The translations under genes were made by a program, and so were the position numbers. Positions 53,035 through 64,000 of a stretch of DNA of 64,000 nt are shown here, one piece after another. Source of the DNA: Eledone cirrhosa (Eukaryota). The DNA lies in the NCBI GenBank assembly GCA_964016885.1, contig OZ024741.1, positions 184,016,001 through 184,080,000 on the forward strand, in the 5' to 3' direction. How positions within the stretch are numbered: position 1 is the stretch's first letter; the number at the start of each line of letters is the position of its first letter. The notes under the pieces are model-generated. The model ran no database searches and was not told the DNA's origin. It saw nothing but the letters and a program-made list of their open reading frames with translations.

Positions 53035-53643
53035 TATACAGTATTAATAAATGGAAACTATATTTATAAAACCATATTTATTTCATTATATATATTTCAA
53101 GGATACCAAGTTAAATCATGGTATGCCTTCATCAGACAAAATACAATATATAACAGTTTTACAAATAGATAATTGACATACCCTTTCAAAAAGGTGACCG
53201 TTGTTTTTGGAGGCCATCCGGATAGTGGTTTGTTTACTTTAGTAAGTCATAGTGTTAAGAGTAAGTAAAAAGATGGAGAGAGAGAGAGAAACGTGGAGAA
53301 AAGAAAGGGAAAGATAGATAAAGAAAAAGAAGAAAGCAAAGAGAATAGAGGAAAAATAACGGGGAGATATCAAAACATCAGACAGAGAAAGAGCTCAAGA
53401 GAGAGATATGCATAGATAGAGATTATCTATTTGTAAAACTGTTATATATTGTATTTTGTCTGATGAAGGCATACCATGATTTAACTTGGTATCCTTGAAA
53501 AATATATATTGAAATAAATATGGTTTTATAAATATAGTTTCCATTTATTAATACTGTATATCTACTCCAAATATTTGTCGAGTGCTTTATATCAGTTATA
53601 ATAATATTTGCTTGTTGTATCCCAACAACTTAAATTGAACTTT

Positions 53644-53650
<7 letters not shown>
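53035..53650. mobile_element. Hammerhead-bearing element with ~135-bp inverted arms
   Basis: 53037-53173 is inverted at 53423-53560; hammerheads at 53080-53142 (-) and 53453-53516 (+): attttgt-CTGATGA-aggcatacca..tggtatcctt-GAAA-tatata-TA. Confidence 0.7.
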
Positions 53651-53699
<49 letters not shown>

Positions 53700-53741
53700 A
53701 TGATATTAAATAAATGGAAACTATATTTATAAAACCATATT

Positions 53742-53806
53742 TATTTTATTATATATATTTCAAGGGCAACCAAGACAACATTGGTACGCTTTCATCAGAT
53801 AAAATA
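53742..53806 (-). ncRNA. Type I hammerhead ribozyme (diverged family member)
   Basis: Reverse complement: tattttat-CTGATGA-aagcgtaccaa..ttggttgccctt-GAAA-tatata-TA-ataaaata. Confidence 0.72.
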
Positions 53807-53876
53807 CAAAGTTTGTTTTATAAATAGAGACACACCCATGAAAATCATACCTTATCGGTTGGAAATTCACTGGATA

Positions 53877-53954
<78 letters not shown>

Positions 53955-53957
53955 ATA

Positions 53958-53970
53958 TATATAAAATTAA

Positions 53971-54011
<41 letters not shown>

Positions 54012-54818
54012 TGTGTGTGTGTCTGTGTATTACCTACATCTTACGACCGATTTTCATGAAATTTTACCGGCTCATAGATTAGTCAGCGGGGAATCTTTTT
54101 TCAACATTTTTTTATTCAGTGGTCATTCTGCAGATAAAAATCGATAGGGGTGGGTCACCTTTTTTTAGGTATCGGAAAATAAGATTTGTAGCTCTAGCTC
54201 CCACATTTTGCTACAGATTTCGTTCAAATTTTAAAGCAAAATAGAATTTATCATTGCACATCGTGTAATAGGTTTATATTTTGCATTTGTTGTTCACGGA
54301 CGGCGTGGCAGCCGCTTAAATATTCAAAAATACCACTTTTAGACTCAAATCTTTCGGCTCTAGCTCCCATATTAATCAAGCTACTTTGTTCAAATTTTAG
54401 ACTACGCTAGATCTGATTATTTCACGTCTTAAAGTGGCTTTACATTTTGGATTTTTTGTTCAGGAACGGCGTGGCAGCCGCTTAAATATTCGAAAATACC
54501 ACCTTTTCGCGCAAATTTCCGCCTTTTCGGCTCTAGCACCCACATTTTTGAACCGATTTCTTTAAAATTCGAAACTTCGGCTCCACCTCACACCTAAATC
54601 AATTTATTTGGTTCAACTTTTATACTACGATAGAACCTCGCATTAGCTCCTACACTTTTCAACCGATTTGGTTCAAATTCGAAACTTCGGCTCGACCTCA
54701 CACATAAATCAATTTATTTGGTTCAACTTTTATACTACGATAGAACCTATCATTGCACATCTTATAGATGGTCAAAGGCAAAACGATGGCCACTGACGTC
54801 GTCTGAGCTTTTAGTTGT
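53958..54818 (+). mobile_element. Non-autonomous Helitron/Helentron-like element with internal tandem repeats
   Basis: tataaaa + (GT)n + accgattttcatgaaatttt head; gctctagc(t/a)ccca units near 54190, 54357 and 54530; 110-bp duplication at 54551/54661. Confidence 0.45.
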
Positions 54819-55127
54819 TTATTTGAGAATTCATTGGTTTCCAATCAAGTAGCGTGAGGAAATTTGGCTTAGTGTTAGAGGTCATTACCTCCCTCCCCCA
54901 GCATGCCCCTTCGTCAGTCACCCGCGTTTCTCAGTGATAGAAGCCATCACCACCCTCCCCCGCATGGCCTGTGTGTGGCCATCGATGAGTCAACAAGAAG
55001 CAGTAGCTAAGATCAACACCTTTTCATCAAAGCAGATATTATTTTACCTACCCAAGCAACGCTGGGTACTGCTGCTAGTATATATATATATATACACACG
55101 CATACACACACACACACACACACACAT

Positions 55128-55171
<44 letters not shown>

Positions 55172-55529
55172 CGGGTACCATCGCTAAATGTTAAAATCGG
55201 TAGTTTTTTTTTATATCGATATTGGTGGGCATCCACTGATGATTTATAAGTGCCCACCTGCATATATTCCTATAGACTATGTGTAGGCTTCTACATAACC
55301 TGGACATCATTTTTCCAACTTGTAGAAAACTTATAATGAAACGATCGTTTGGAAGGAGGGATGTATTTAATTATGTCTCATATAAAATAATACAACTGGG
55401 TATCCGCAAAATACGTATAGTTAGCACCACAAACGTATAATTGGGATTATACTAAGGTATATCCTAATGTTTGTTGAGTGAGACGGAAGTCGGTCGGAGT
55501 TTTGCTTAAAGCTTTCTCTGTTAATGTAT

Positions 55530-55616
<87 letters not shown>

Positions 55617-55620
55617 TATG

Positions 55621-55789
55621 AAAATTAGAATTGGTGCTCTGAAATAGCGATGTATACATGGATGTATATATAGTATATTTTGCAATATACTGTATGCTTA
55701 ATTAAAACGATTTTGAAGACCTTGCGGTATTATTTTAAAGTAGTCACTATGTTACTTACTTCTTTTTTCAACAAACAAAGGGAGAGAGA

Positions 55790-55860
<71 letters not shown>

Positions 55861-55985
55861 CCCTTTGTTGAAAAAAGAAGTAAGTGACATAGTCACTACT
55901 TTAAAATAATACCGCAAAATAATAGCGCAAAATTCTTTTAATTAAGCATATAGTATATTGCCAAATATACTATATATACATTCAT
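55621..55985. repeat. Inverted-repeat element with a (GA)n loop, related to 57850-58545
   Basis: Arms 55665-55782 and 55860-55980; shares ggtgctctgaaatagcgatg and aaagtagt..actatg with the 58-kb family. Confidence 0.75.
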
Positions 55986-56002
55986 ATATATATATATATA
56001 TG

Positions 56003-56050
<48 letters not shown>

Positions 56051-56334
56051 GACATACTCGTAGAGATTTTTTTTTTTCGGACTGTTTTGGGGCTTGCAAG
56101 GTAAAATATGTCCTTAGCTCAATCTGCTTCTATCGTAGAAAGAGGCATGGCGTAGTCACCATACGTTTCTATCACAATAAAGGGGAGCCAATTCTGTAGT
56201 TATGTGCGGAGCTGTGAAGAAAAAGACTGACAGAGATGGAAAAAGTGGGAGGGAGTGAGAAAATTGAGACAGGGAAAAGGCGATAGAGGTGGAGGCAAAA
56301 AGAGATAGGGGTGAGAGAAGGGAAGAGAGATAAA

Positions 56335-56475
56335 TAGACTTCAGTACTTGATTGGTACTTTATTCATCGACTTCGGGAGTATAAAAAGTAAAGTTGATCT
56401 CAGTGAGATTTGTACTGGAAAGCTAAAAAGGTAAAACATTTTGTCCGATGTTGCAACGTTTCTGCTAATCGATCA
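56335..56475 (-). mobile_element. Decayed tRNA SINE (same family as 33067-33730)
   Basis: Reverse complement of gtcgatgaataaagtaccaatcaagtactg and a degenerate B-box. Confidence 0.55.
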
Positions 56476-56746
56476 ATACTCTTCCCGAAACATACTCTAC
56501 TGTCTAAGAAAGAAACCTGATGGTCACAATTGGAATCTGTTTGATGTTAAGTCTATTTAATCGTGCCTGACTGGTTCGGGCAACATTATCAACTGATATT
56601 TATTTTACGATCTTCTCGGGGCTATTAGAAAATTTAAGCGATAAAAAAAAACAACACTACACTAAACAACACTACACTACATACACACGCACAAACACAT
56701 TCACTATCCCAGACGTACATGCATACACATACATGCTCACACACAT

Positions 56747-56858
<112 letters not shown>

Positions 56859-57015
56859 GCACATAACGCTGATTAGTTTATATTATTTCATATCATATGT
56901 ATATTATCGTTGTACCCATACACCATGGCCGCAGTCCATTGTGTTAAAGAATATATAAATATTCAATTTATTGGCAATATTGGCAACATGACCACGCCAA
57001 ATATAACAATATATA

Positions 57016-57115
57016 GAGGATGTCCCACAAAAATATATACACACTTCAACAGCAATCTAATAAATATTGTCTGTATAGGTAATCAAATTGTGTATACATT
57101 TTTGGGGACACCCTG
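57016..57115. mobile_element. Tc1/mariner-type MITE (100 bp)
   Basis: TA|gaggatgtcccacaaaaatatatacac .. gtgtatacatttttggggacaccctg|TA, i.e. CAGGGTGTCC-type terminal inverted repeats with a TA target duplication. Confidence 0.75.
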
Positions 57116-57179
57116 TATATATATTTGCATAAGTAGGGACCATATTTTGTTAAAGCAAGTTATATTGTAAATATGGCTG

Positions 57180-57700
57180 TTGTCCAGTTTGATCTTTTTT
57201 TATTAAGGATTTTTTGCATTCCCTTATGCATTCCCGTTCGTATTCTTTATAGATAGTTTGGAAGCGTGCCATTACCAAATTCAACTGTGTATTAAGGTTT
57301 TGCGGCTAATCTTCAGAAACATACTAATCATACTAGTGACGTATTGATCTTAGGTCGTAAATGATTATGGAAGTGGTAGGAAATGATAGACGTTTGATTA
57401 CATATGTCTCAACGGTTGAAGCAGGGCAGTTTTTATAATTCGTTTCACGTACGCTTTGCTGTGTGTTAAGTTTTAGTTTATATTCTGATATTTCTAGCGC
57501 CTCCATAATTCGTCTTTTTTGTGTGGAATTCGATACAAATTGTTGTGGTATCAACCAATGTAGTCCTATCTGTTTGTTTTTGCATATATTGTATGGAAAT
57601 ATGTTCCGATGACTCCGTGTTGTAATTGCATGGGTAACTGACGGGAAAGTATTGTGCTTGCGTGACCAACTTAAGTTTTGTATATAAGTATATATAAAAC
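57180..57700 (-). mobile_element. Penelope-like GIY-YIG C-terminal remnant
   Basis: QKRRIMEALEISEYKLKLNTQQ; upstream SSEHISIQYM. Confidence 0.6.
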
Positions 57701-57734
57701 CATAGAGTAAATATTTATTATTAGTACAGATTAA

Positions 57735-57785
57735 AGTATAAGCAAAGAATTTCTGCTTTCACCCTATACGGGATCTTCTGAAACT
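57735..57785 (-). ncRNA. Hammerhead-like motif with CAGAAGA core
   Basis: Reverse complement: agttt-CAGAAGA-t ccc gtata ggg t-GAAA-gcagaaattctttgc-TT-atact. Confidence 0.5.
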
Positions 57786-57802
57786 CTCTCTCTCTCTTTC
57801 TT

Positions 57803-57844
<42 letters not shown>

Positions 57845-57849
57845 TTATG

Positions 57850-58539
57850 TATGTATAGTATATTTGGTAATATACCGTATGTTTAATTAAAAACATTTTG
57901 AAGACCTCGCGCTATCATTTTAAAGTAGTGACTATGTCACTTACTTCTTTTTCGGCAAAGGAAGGGAGAGAAGCTGACAGATTCTGTTTCACACTGTTGG
58001 TGTTCCTCAGAGCAACATACTCCCCGACCTCTGCCGAAAATTATAGTGTGAAACAGAATCTGTCTGTTTCTCTCCCTTCCTTTGCCGAAAAAAGAAATAA
58101 GTGACATAATCACTACTCTAAAATGATAGCGCAAGGTCTTCAAAATGTTTTTAATTAAACATACCATATATTACCAAATACATACATTCATGTATACATC
58201 GCTATTTCAGAGCACCAATCCTAATTTTTAATTTTTGCTGGACCATTAATTGCTCTGTATAGTCAGTTCCTGATTATTACTGGAATTCTATAAGAATCCA
58301 GCCTGTATAATTTTTGGTAGAGGTCGGGGAGTACGTTGCTCTGAGGAACACCAATAGTGTGAAACAGAATCTGTCAGCTTCTCTCCCTTCCTTTGCCGAA
58401 AAAAGAAGTAAGTAAGATAGTCACTACTTTAAAATGATAGTGCAAGGTCTTCAAAATGTTTATAATTAAACATACGGTATATTACCAAATATACTTTACA
58501 TACATTCATGTACACATCGCTATTTCAGAGCACCAATCC

Positions 58540-58545
<6 letters not shown>
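57850..58545 (+). mobile_element. Retrozyme-like element: 5' inverted segment plus ~1.6 tandem 311-bp units
   Basis: 57850-58045 is the reverse complement of 58303-58505; 58045-58225 is repeated at 58356-58542; hammerheads at 57964-58025 (-) and 58327-58387 (+). Confidence 0.78.
58327..58387 (+). ncRNA. Canonical type I hammerhead ribozyme
   Basis: gct-CTGAGGA-acac caata gtgt-GAAA-cag aat ctg-TC-agc; extended stem I gggag/ctccc; GUC triplet. Confidence 0.85.
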
Positions 58546-58609
<64 letters not shown>

Positions 58610-58613
<4 letters not shown>

Positions 58614-58892
58614 GCAAAAGTTCTATTTAAATTGATGGGATACAACAAGCAAATATTTTTATAACTGATATAAAGCACTCGACAATTATTTGGAGTAAAT
58701 ATACGATATTAACAAATGGAAACTATATTTATAAAACCATATCTATTTTATTATACATATTTTTCAAAGGATACCATGTTTCAAAGGATACCATATTTCA
58801 AAGGATACAATACAAATTATGGTATCCTTGAAATATGTATAATAAAATAGATATGGTTTTATAAATATAGTTTCCATTTGTTAATATCGTAT
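58610..58892. repeat. Rearranged palindromic member of the 53-kb family
   Basis: 58700-58775 is inverted at 58820-58892; triplicated ttcaaaggatac unit; left flank matches the reverse complement of 53560-53650. Confidence 0.7.
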
Positions 58893-58915
58893 ATATATAT
58901 ATATATATATATATA

Positions 58916-60740
58916 TGGTGGCTGCCAACTCGTTTTCGAGTACGGCCACTACTTTATATCCATGTAGGAGAACCCCTACCGAAGCGCTGAACGAGTGTGA
59001 CTTTTTAGTCCAGCCAGCGACTTGAAAACTCTGGTACAAACACTACACTTGTGACAATTATTGACACATAGTGCTGGGCCCATGGTACCATGTGAGGACA
59101 AGTGCAGAGAGATCTCCAGATATAAAGCAATGCCTGTGCCGTGAAGCTTTTATAGTGAGCAAAGGCACTGCACAAAGCCAGTCCCACTCTCTTAACCAAG
59201 ATGATATTTACCAAAAAGAAGAACAAGTCAACATCATTGGATGCCATCAGGGTTGCAGGTGTTATATCAGAGTTTTCCTTCTCCTAGAATTCTGCCTTGA
59301 CAAAGGCTAAGGGGTCATCTCTCCCGGTGATTTTGGATGGCCATTAACTCTTAAGAGCTCCTTTGCCCTTTGATAGGTTTTGTTTTTAGTCCTGCAGGAT
59401 GTCCAAAGTCACCCTCCTCACCAAGAAACCTTGGTGGGGTTGCCAGTTTAGTCGCCAACGACCCGACCATGGGACAGGTTGTACTGGGATACATGTTACC
59501 AGTAGCACCAACTGGTGACCTGACATACATACATACATACATACATACATACATACATACATACATACATGGTGGCTGCCAACTCGTTTTCGAGTACGGC
59601 AACTACTTTATATCCATGTAGGAGAACCCCTACCGATGCGCTGAACGAGTGTGACTTTTTAGTCCAGCCAGCGACTTGAAAACTCTGGTACAAACACTAC
59701 ACTTGTGACAATTATTGACACATAGTGCTAGGCGCATGGTACCATGTGACGACAAGTACAGAGAGATCTCCAAATATAAAGCAATGCCTGTGCCGTGAAG
59801 CTTTTATAGTGAGCAAAGGCACTGCACAAAGCCAGTCCCACTCTCTTAACCAAGATGATATTTACCAAAAAGAAGAACAAGTCAACATCATTGGATGCCA
59901 TCAGGGTTGTAGGTGTTATATCAGAGTTTTCCTTCTCCTAGAATTCTGCCTTGACAAAGGCTAAGGGGTCATCTCTCCCGGTGATTTTGGATGGCCATTG
60001 ACTCTTAAGAGCTCCTTTGCCCTTTGACAGGTTTTGTTTTTAGTCCTGCAGGATGTCCAAAGTCACCCTCCTCACCAAGAAACCTTGGTGGGGTTGCCAG
60101 TTTAGTCGCCAACGACCCGACCATGGGACAGGTTGTACTGGGATACATGTTACCAGTAGCACCAACTGGTGACCTGACATACATACATACATACATACAT
60201 ACATACATACATACATACATACATACATACATACATACATACATACATACATGGTGGCTGCCAACTCGTTTTCGAGTACGGCAACTACTTTATATCCATG
60301 TAGGAGAACCCCTACCGATGCGCTGAACGAGTGTGACTTTTTAGTCCAGCCAGCAACTTGAAAACTCTGGTACAAACACTACAATTGTGACAATTATTGA
60401 CACATAGTGCTAGGCGCATGGTACCATGTGACGACAAGTACAGAGAGATCTCCAAATATAAAGCAATGCCTGTGCCGTGAAGCTTTTATAGTGAGCAAAG
60501 GCACTGCACAAAGCCAGTCCCACTCTCTTAACCAAGATGATATTTACCAAAAAGAAGAACAAGTCAACATCATTGGATACCATCAGGGTTGCAACACTTT
60601 ATGGATTCTTTTTCCAATGCGTGCATACATACATACATACATACATACATACATACATACATACATACATACATACATACATACATACATACATACATAC
60701 ATGATGGCTGCCCCCTCGTTATCGAGTATGGCCATTGCAC
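58916..60740 (-). mobile_element. Tandem array of a short internally deleted RTE derivative separated by (ATAC)n
   Basis: Units 58916-59523, 59569-60177 and 60251-60620. On the minus strand an RTE-like 5'UTR (homologous to 37070-37220) is fused to a C-terminal HKCSVCTRVFKSLAGLKSHTR finger, a 3'UTR and an (ATGT)n tail. Confidence 0.75.
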
Positions 60741-60759
60741 GAGAAAAAAAATAAAATAA

Positions 60760-60760
60760 A

Positions 60761-60821
<61 letters not shown>

Positions 60822-63800
60822 TTTTCTTTATTAACCACAAGGGTTCACATAAAGTAGACATTAAGGACAGTACAGGACAATACAGGACGGTACAAATGGG
60901 CATTTCTGCGTGTAAAAAAACAGAGGTTGAAATAAAATAACAAAGAAAAATTTCCCAATAGGGGGGAGACTTCCAAGGGACATTTGTGGAGAAAGCCCAT
61001 TAAAAGACCACAGTGGCCCTGACCACCAGGGCAAGTGCCCTCTCCCAGTTTTCCACCTTTAATTTACAGACACATACTCAGAGAAGGCCCATTCATTCGG
61101 GCCATACTTGCTTCTCTCACCCATCTTTCAACAAAATGCTGGGAAGAGAGCACTTCCCTCTCTACCCTGATTTTCCTTTTCAAATGAAATTTGAAAAAGT
61201 TAATCAGGGCATCACCGAAGAGGTAAATGCTCGTCTTCAGCCCTTTCAAACGTGTCCACCATACTATCTCTTTCGCCATGGCCACCAGACAGATAAAAAC
61301 TGCCTGCCCTTCCAGGCTAAAGGAAGGGGGCGGGGCAATCCTCACGATGGACTCAGCTGATAGCCGGATCCGTCCTACACGTGACAGCAGGAGTTCGACA
61401 TAAACCCACAAGTCAGCAATGCTCGGACACTGGACGAGTGCGTGCAGGACGGTTTCGTCGCCCTGCGCGCATCTCGGACATGCCCGGCTGACGGCACCTC
61501 CATGCCTGTAGAGTTTATCCCGAACTGGCAAAGCTCCTCGGTAGCACTGCCAGGCCAGGGATTTCTGGAAGTTGTCCATAGGCCCCGGCCCGAAAGTCCT
61601 TCCGAAGAGATTGGCTAGTTGATTTTCGTCGACGCCTAGAGTTTCTCCAAGTACGTCGTCGCTCTTCCCCTCCACTAATCCCCTATAGAACGCCAAGGTG
61701 GAGTTTCCACCGATCACATTGCCCGATTGGTCGAGGGCTGTGAGCGCCTGAAGACATTCCAGTCTCCAAGCGCTCCCTCTCGGTCTTCGCTTGACCCAGG
61801 ACTGCAGCTCCGTCAAGGAGACGAGCTGGGGAAAAACGTGTCTTGCAAACGGCGACCACACCTGATCACCGTCGAGGAAGAGGTGGAGATGTCGTAGCCT
61901 GAGCGCGTGTCTGCGCATCATCAGCCACGGCATGCCCAGCCCTCCACGTAGCGGGTGTTGACAGCAGATGGACCGCCTGACCATCGGAGCGCGTCCCTTC
62001 CACAAGAAGCGAAAGAGCAAACGCTCCAGCGCAGTCAGGTGGGGCTTAGGACAAGGTACGACGGTCAGGCGGTAGTAGATGACGGATGCGATGTACGCAT
62101 TCGCCACCTCCGCTCGACCTTTCAGGGATAGCTTCCTCTCGGCCCATTTCTGGGTGAGAGAAGCCATCCTGCTCGTCACCTCGTCCCAGTTTTTGTCCGT
62201 CTGGAGGTCTGGACCGAACCAGACCCCTAGCAATTTAACCGGTCCGTCCGTCCAGCGCCCGACGACGCTGTTGGACGGCATGGACCTGCCTCTCCAGGTG
62301 CCGAGCTGCAGGCCCACTGACTTTTCCTGGTTGATCATTGCTCCTGTCACCGCTTCGTATTCTCTTAGTGTAGTGCCGATCGCCTCGATGTGTTTGGCGT
62401 TCGACAACACTACGGTGACATCGTCGGCATATGCTGACACGGATCTTCCGCATCCTAGTTCGCGCGGGACCCCCCTCAACGTCTCCAGTTTGTGCAGTAA
62501 TGGCTCGAGAGTCAATACGTACAATAGGGACGAGAGGGGACATCCTTGGCGGACCGAGCGCATGATGTTGAACGGTTCCGAAAGGTGACCGTTCACTCTC
62601 ACTACAGAGCAGATGTCGCTGTGCATGGCAGCGATCCAGCCTCTGAAGACGGGCCCAAAGCCAGCCGCCCTCAGGACTGCCGTTAGGTAACGATGGTCGA
62701 CCCTATCGAAGGCTTTCGACTGATCTAAATTGATCAAAGACCCACCCGTGCCAGGTTCCCTAGCTACCCTCTCTACGATGTATCGCATGAGGTGGAGGTT
62801 GTCGTGGATGGATCTGTCGGGAATGGCGCATGTCTGCGCCTCTCCCACCAGACCATCAACGACAAGCGCCAACCTCTTTGCTAGCACCTTGGCCAAAATC
62901 TTGAACTCTGTGTTTAGCAGAGTTATGGGCCTAAAATTATCTATGTTATCCCCCTTGTTCGGATCCTTTCTCAGCAGCGCCACCGCTCCTCGGCTCACAG
63001 AGCTGGGAATTCTCCCGTTCTGTTTCCAGTTGCAGTAGACGTCCGCCAAGAGGCCTCCGAACAAGTTTGGCATTTGTACGTAAAGTTCATAGGGCAGACC
63101 ATCCAAACCAGGCGATTTACCCCTTGTGCAACTAGTCATTGCATCCCGTACTTCAGCGGTTGTTATCGGCTTTTAGCAACACTCCGCCTCAGTGACCGAA
63201 AGCCGCGGCAGTCCGTCGAGGTAGACACTAAAGTCCATCCCTCGATCCGGCCCGCCACTGCCCCCGAACAGTTGAGCGAAGTGTCGCTGAAAAGCTTCAC
63301 ACATTTGCCCGGGATCGAGTAGCATGCGCCCGTCGTGGTCCACCAAAGACCGGATCGTGGCTTTGTTTCCACGACGCGCCTCCGCCACTCGGGCCCATTG
63401 AACGGCTTTCGTCCCCTCGTGTCTGAGAGCACGCACCCTAGCTCTGACAACGCAGCCTTCGTGCTTTGCATTGAAGAATTGGTCAAGGGCCAATTTCGCC
63501 GCAAGTACGTCGGTCGCGATGCCTTTGCTAAGCGCCTCATCTAATTTTCTAACTAATTCTCCCTCTGCTCTATTTTTCTCTATTGCTAAAGTCTTACTAA
63601 ACCTAATGGACTCTATTCTAATTGCTCTTTTCAGAGCAAACCACCACTTGTTGTTGACGATGGCCCCCGTCAACGCCCGCTTAACTAGTTCGCTAATCCG
63701 GTCTCTGTTGACCTTGCGCGCTGGTAAGGACGCGTTTAGCTTCCAGTAGCCGGGTCCTCGTCTATGAAGCCTATCTAAGTCAAGCACACAGATCACGAAT

Positions 63801-64000
63801 TTGTGGTCCGTGTAGCTGACTATCTTGAATTGTGGACAGCCTATGCTAGACCTATCTATTTCCCTACAAAATACTCTATCTAGATATGATCTGGATGACC
63901 CTATGCGATTTGTCCAAGTCCACATTGGTACATTCGGGAAATCCATTCGGTACCTGTCAGACAGTTCAAAACGTCTGAGCAGGTTGGTGAGACTCTTGCA
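60760..64000 (-). mobile_element. Young Tx1/L1-clade LINE (runs off the window) with (ATT)n tail
   Basis: GC- and CpG-rich, almost intact ORF2; 3'UTR 60825-61063; (aat)n tract 60761-60820. Confidence 0.95.
61064..64000 (-). pseudogene. LINE ORF2: endonuclease C-terminus + reverse transcriptase + CCHC finger, with one in-frame stop at 63173-63175
   Basis: TW..SYLDRVF, YTDHKFV, KSPGLDG, FRPITLLN, DQSKAFDRV, QGCPLS, YADD, CPRC..ETVLHALVQC; the two listed ORFs share a reading frame. Confidence 0.93.

Noticed and set aside
55222-55260. CTGATGA inside a small hairpin
   Set aside because: No GAAA or stem III, so not a hammerhead.
57200-57325. Hammerhead downstream of the GIY-YIG remnant
   Set aside because: CTGAAGA is present on the minus strand, but no matching stem II-GAAA was found.
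59430-59523. HDV-like ribozyme at the RTE-derived 5' end
   Set aside because: A ctaa-actgg/ccagt pairing is suggestive, but P1, P3 and P1.1 could not be assigned.

Overview
Repeat-saturated, AT-rich eukaryotic DNA. The SINE types and the microsatellite load suggest an octopus or other cephalopod genome, but this is inference only. No intact host gene is recognisable. The window contains: (i) Tx1/L1-clade LINE copies, including one near-full-length decayed copy at about 8.2-13.5 kb and one young copy with a single stop codon at about 60.8-64 kb; (ii) R4/Dong-type RLE LINEs sitting in (TAA)n tracts; (iii) RTE LINEs and a tandem array of an internally deleted RTE derivative; (iv) Penelope-like RT/GIY-YIG elements with inverted terminal repeats; (v) tRNA-derived SINEs, non-autonomous Helitron-like elements and a mariner-type MITE; (vi) a 5.3-kb array of a 69-bp pyrimidine-rich unit that explains the three ~1800-aa ORFs; and (vii) many simple repeats. 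The most notable unannotated signal is about 17 type I hammerhead ribozyme motifs, folded by eye, from about 10 sequence families. Some lie in Penelope termini and others in non-coding tandem monomers of 311, 501 and 517 nt that look like retrozymes, two of them with 5' inversions. Core variants UUGAUAA and CAGAAGA are present. A second notable signal is a ~110-bp structured 5'-UTR module shared by an R4/Dong element and RTE elements. Element boundaries are approximate.
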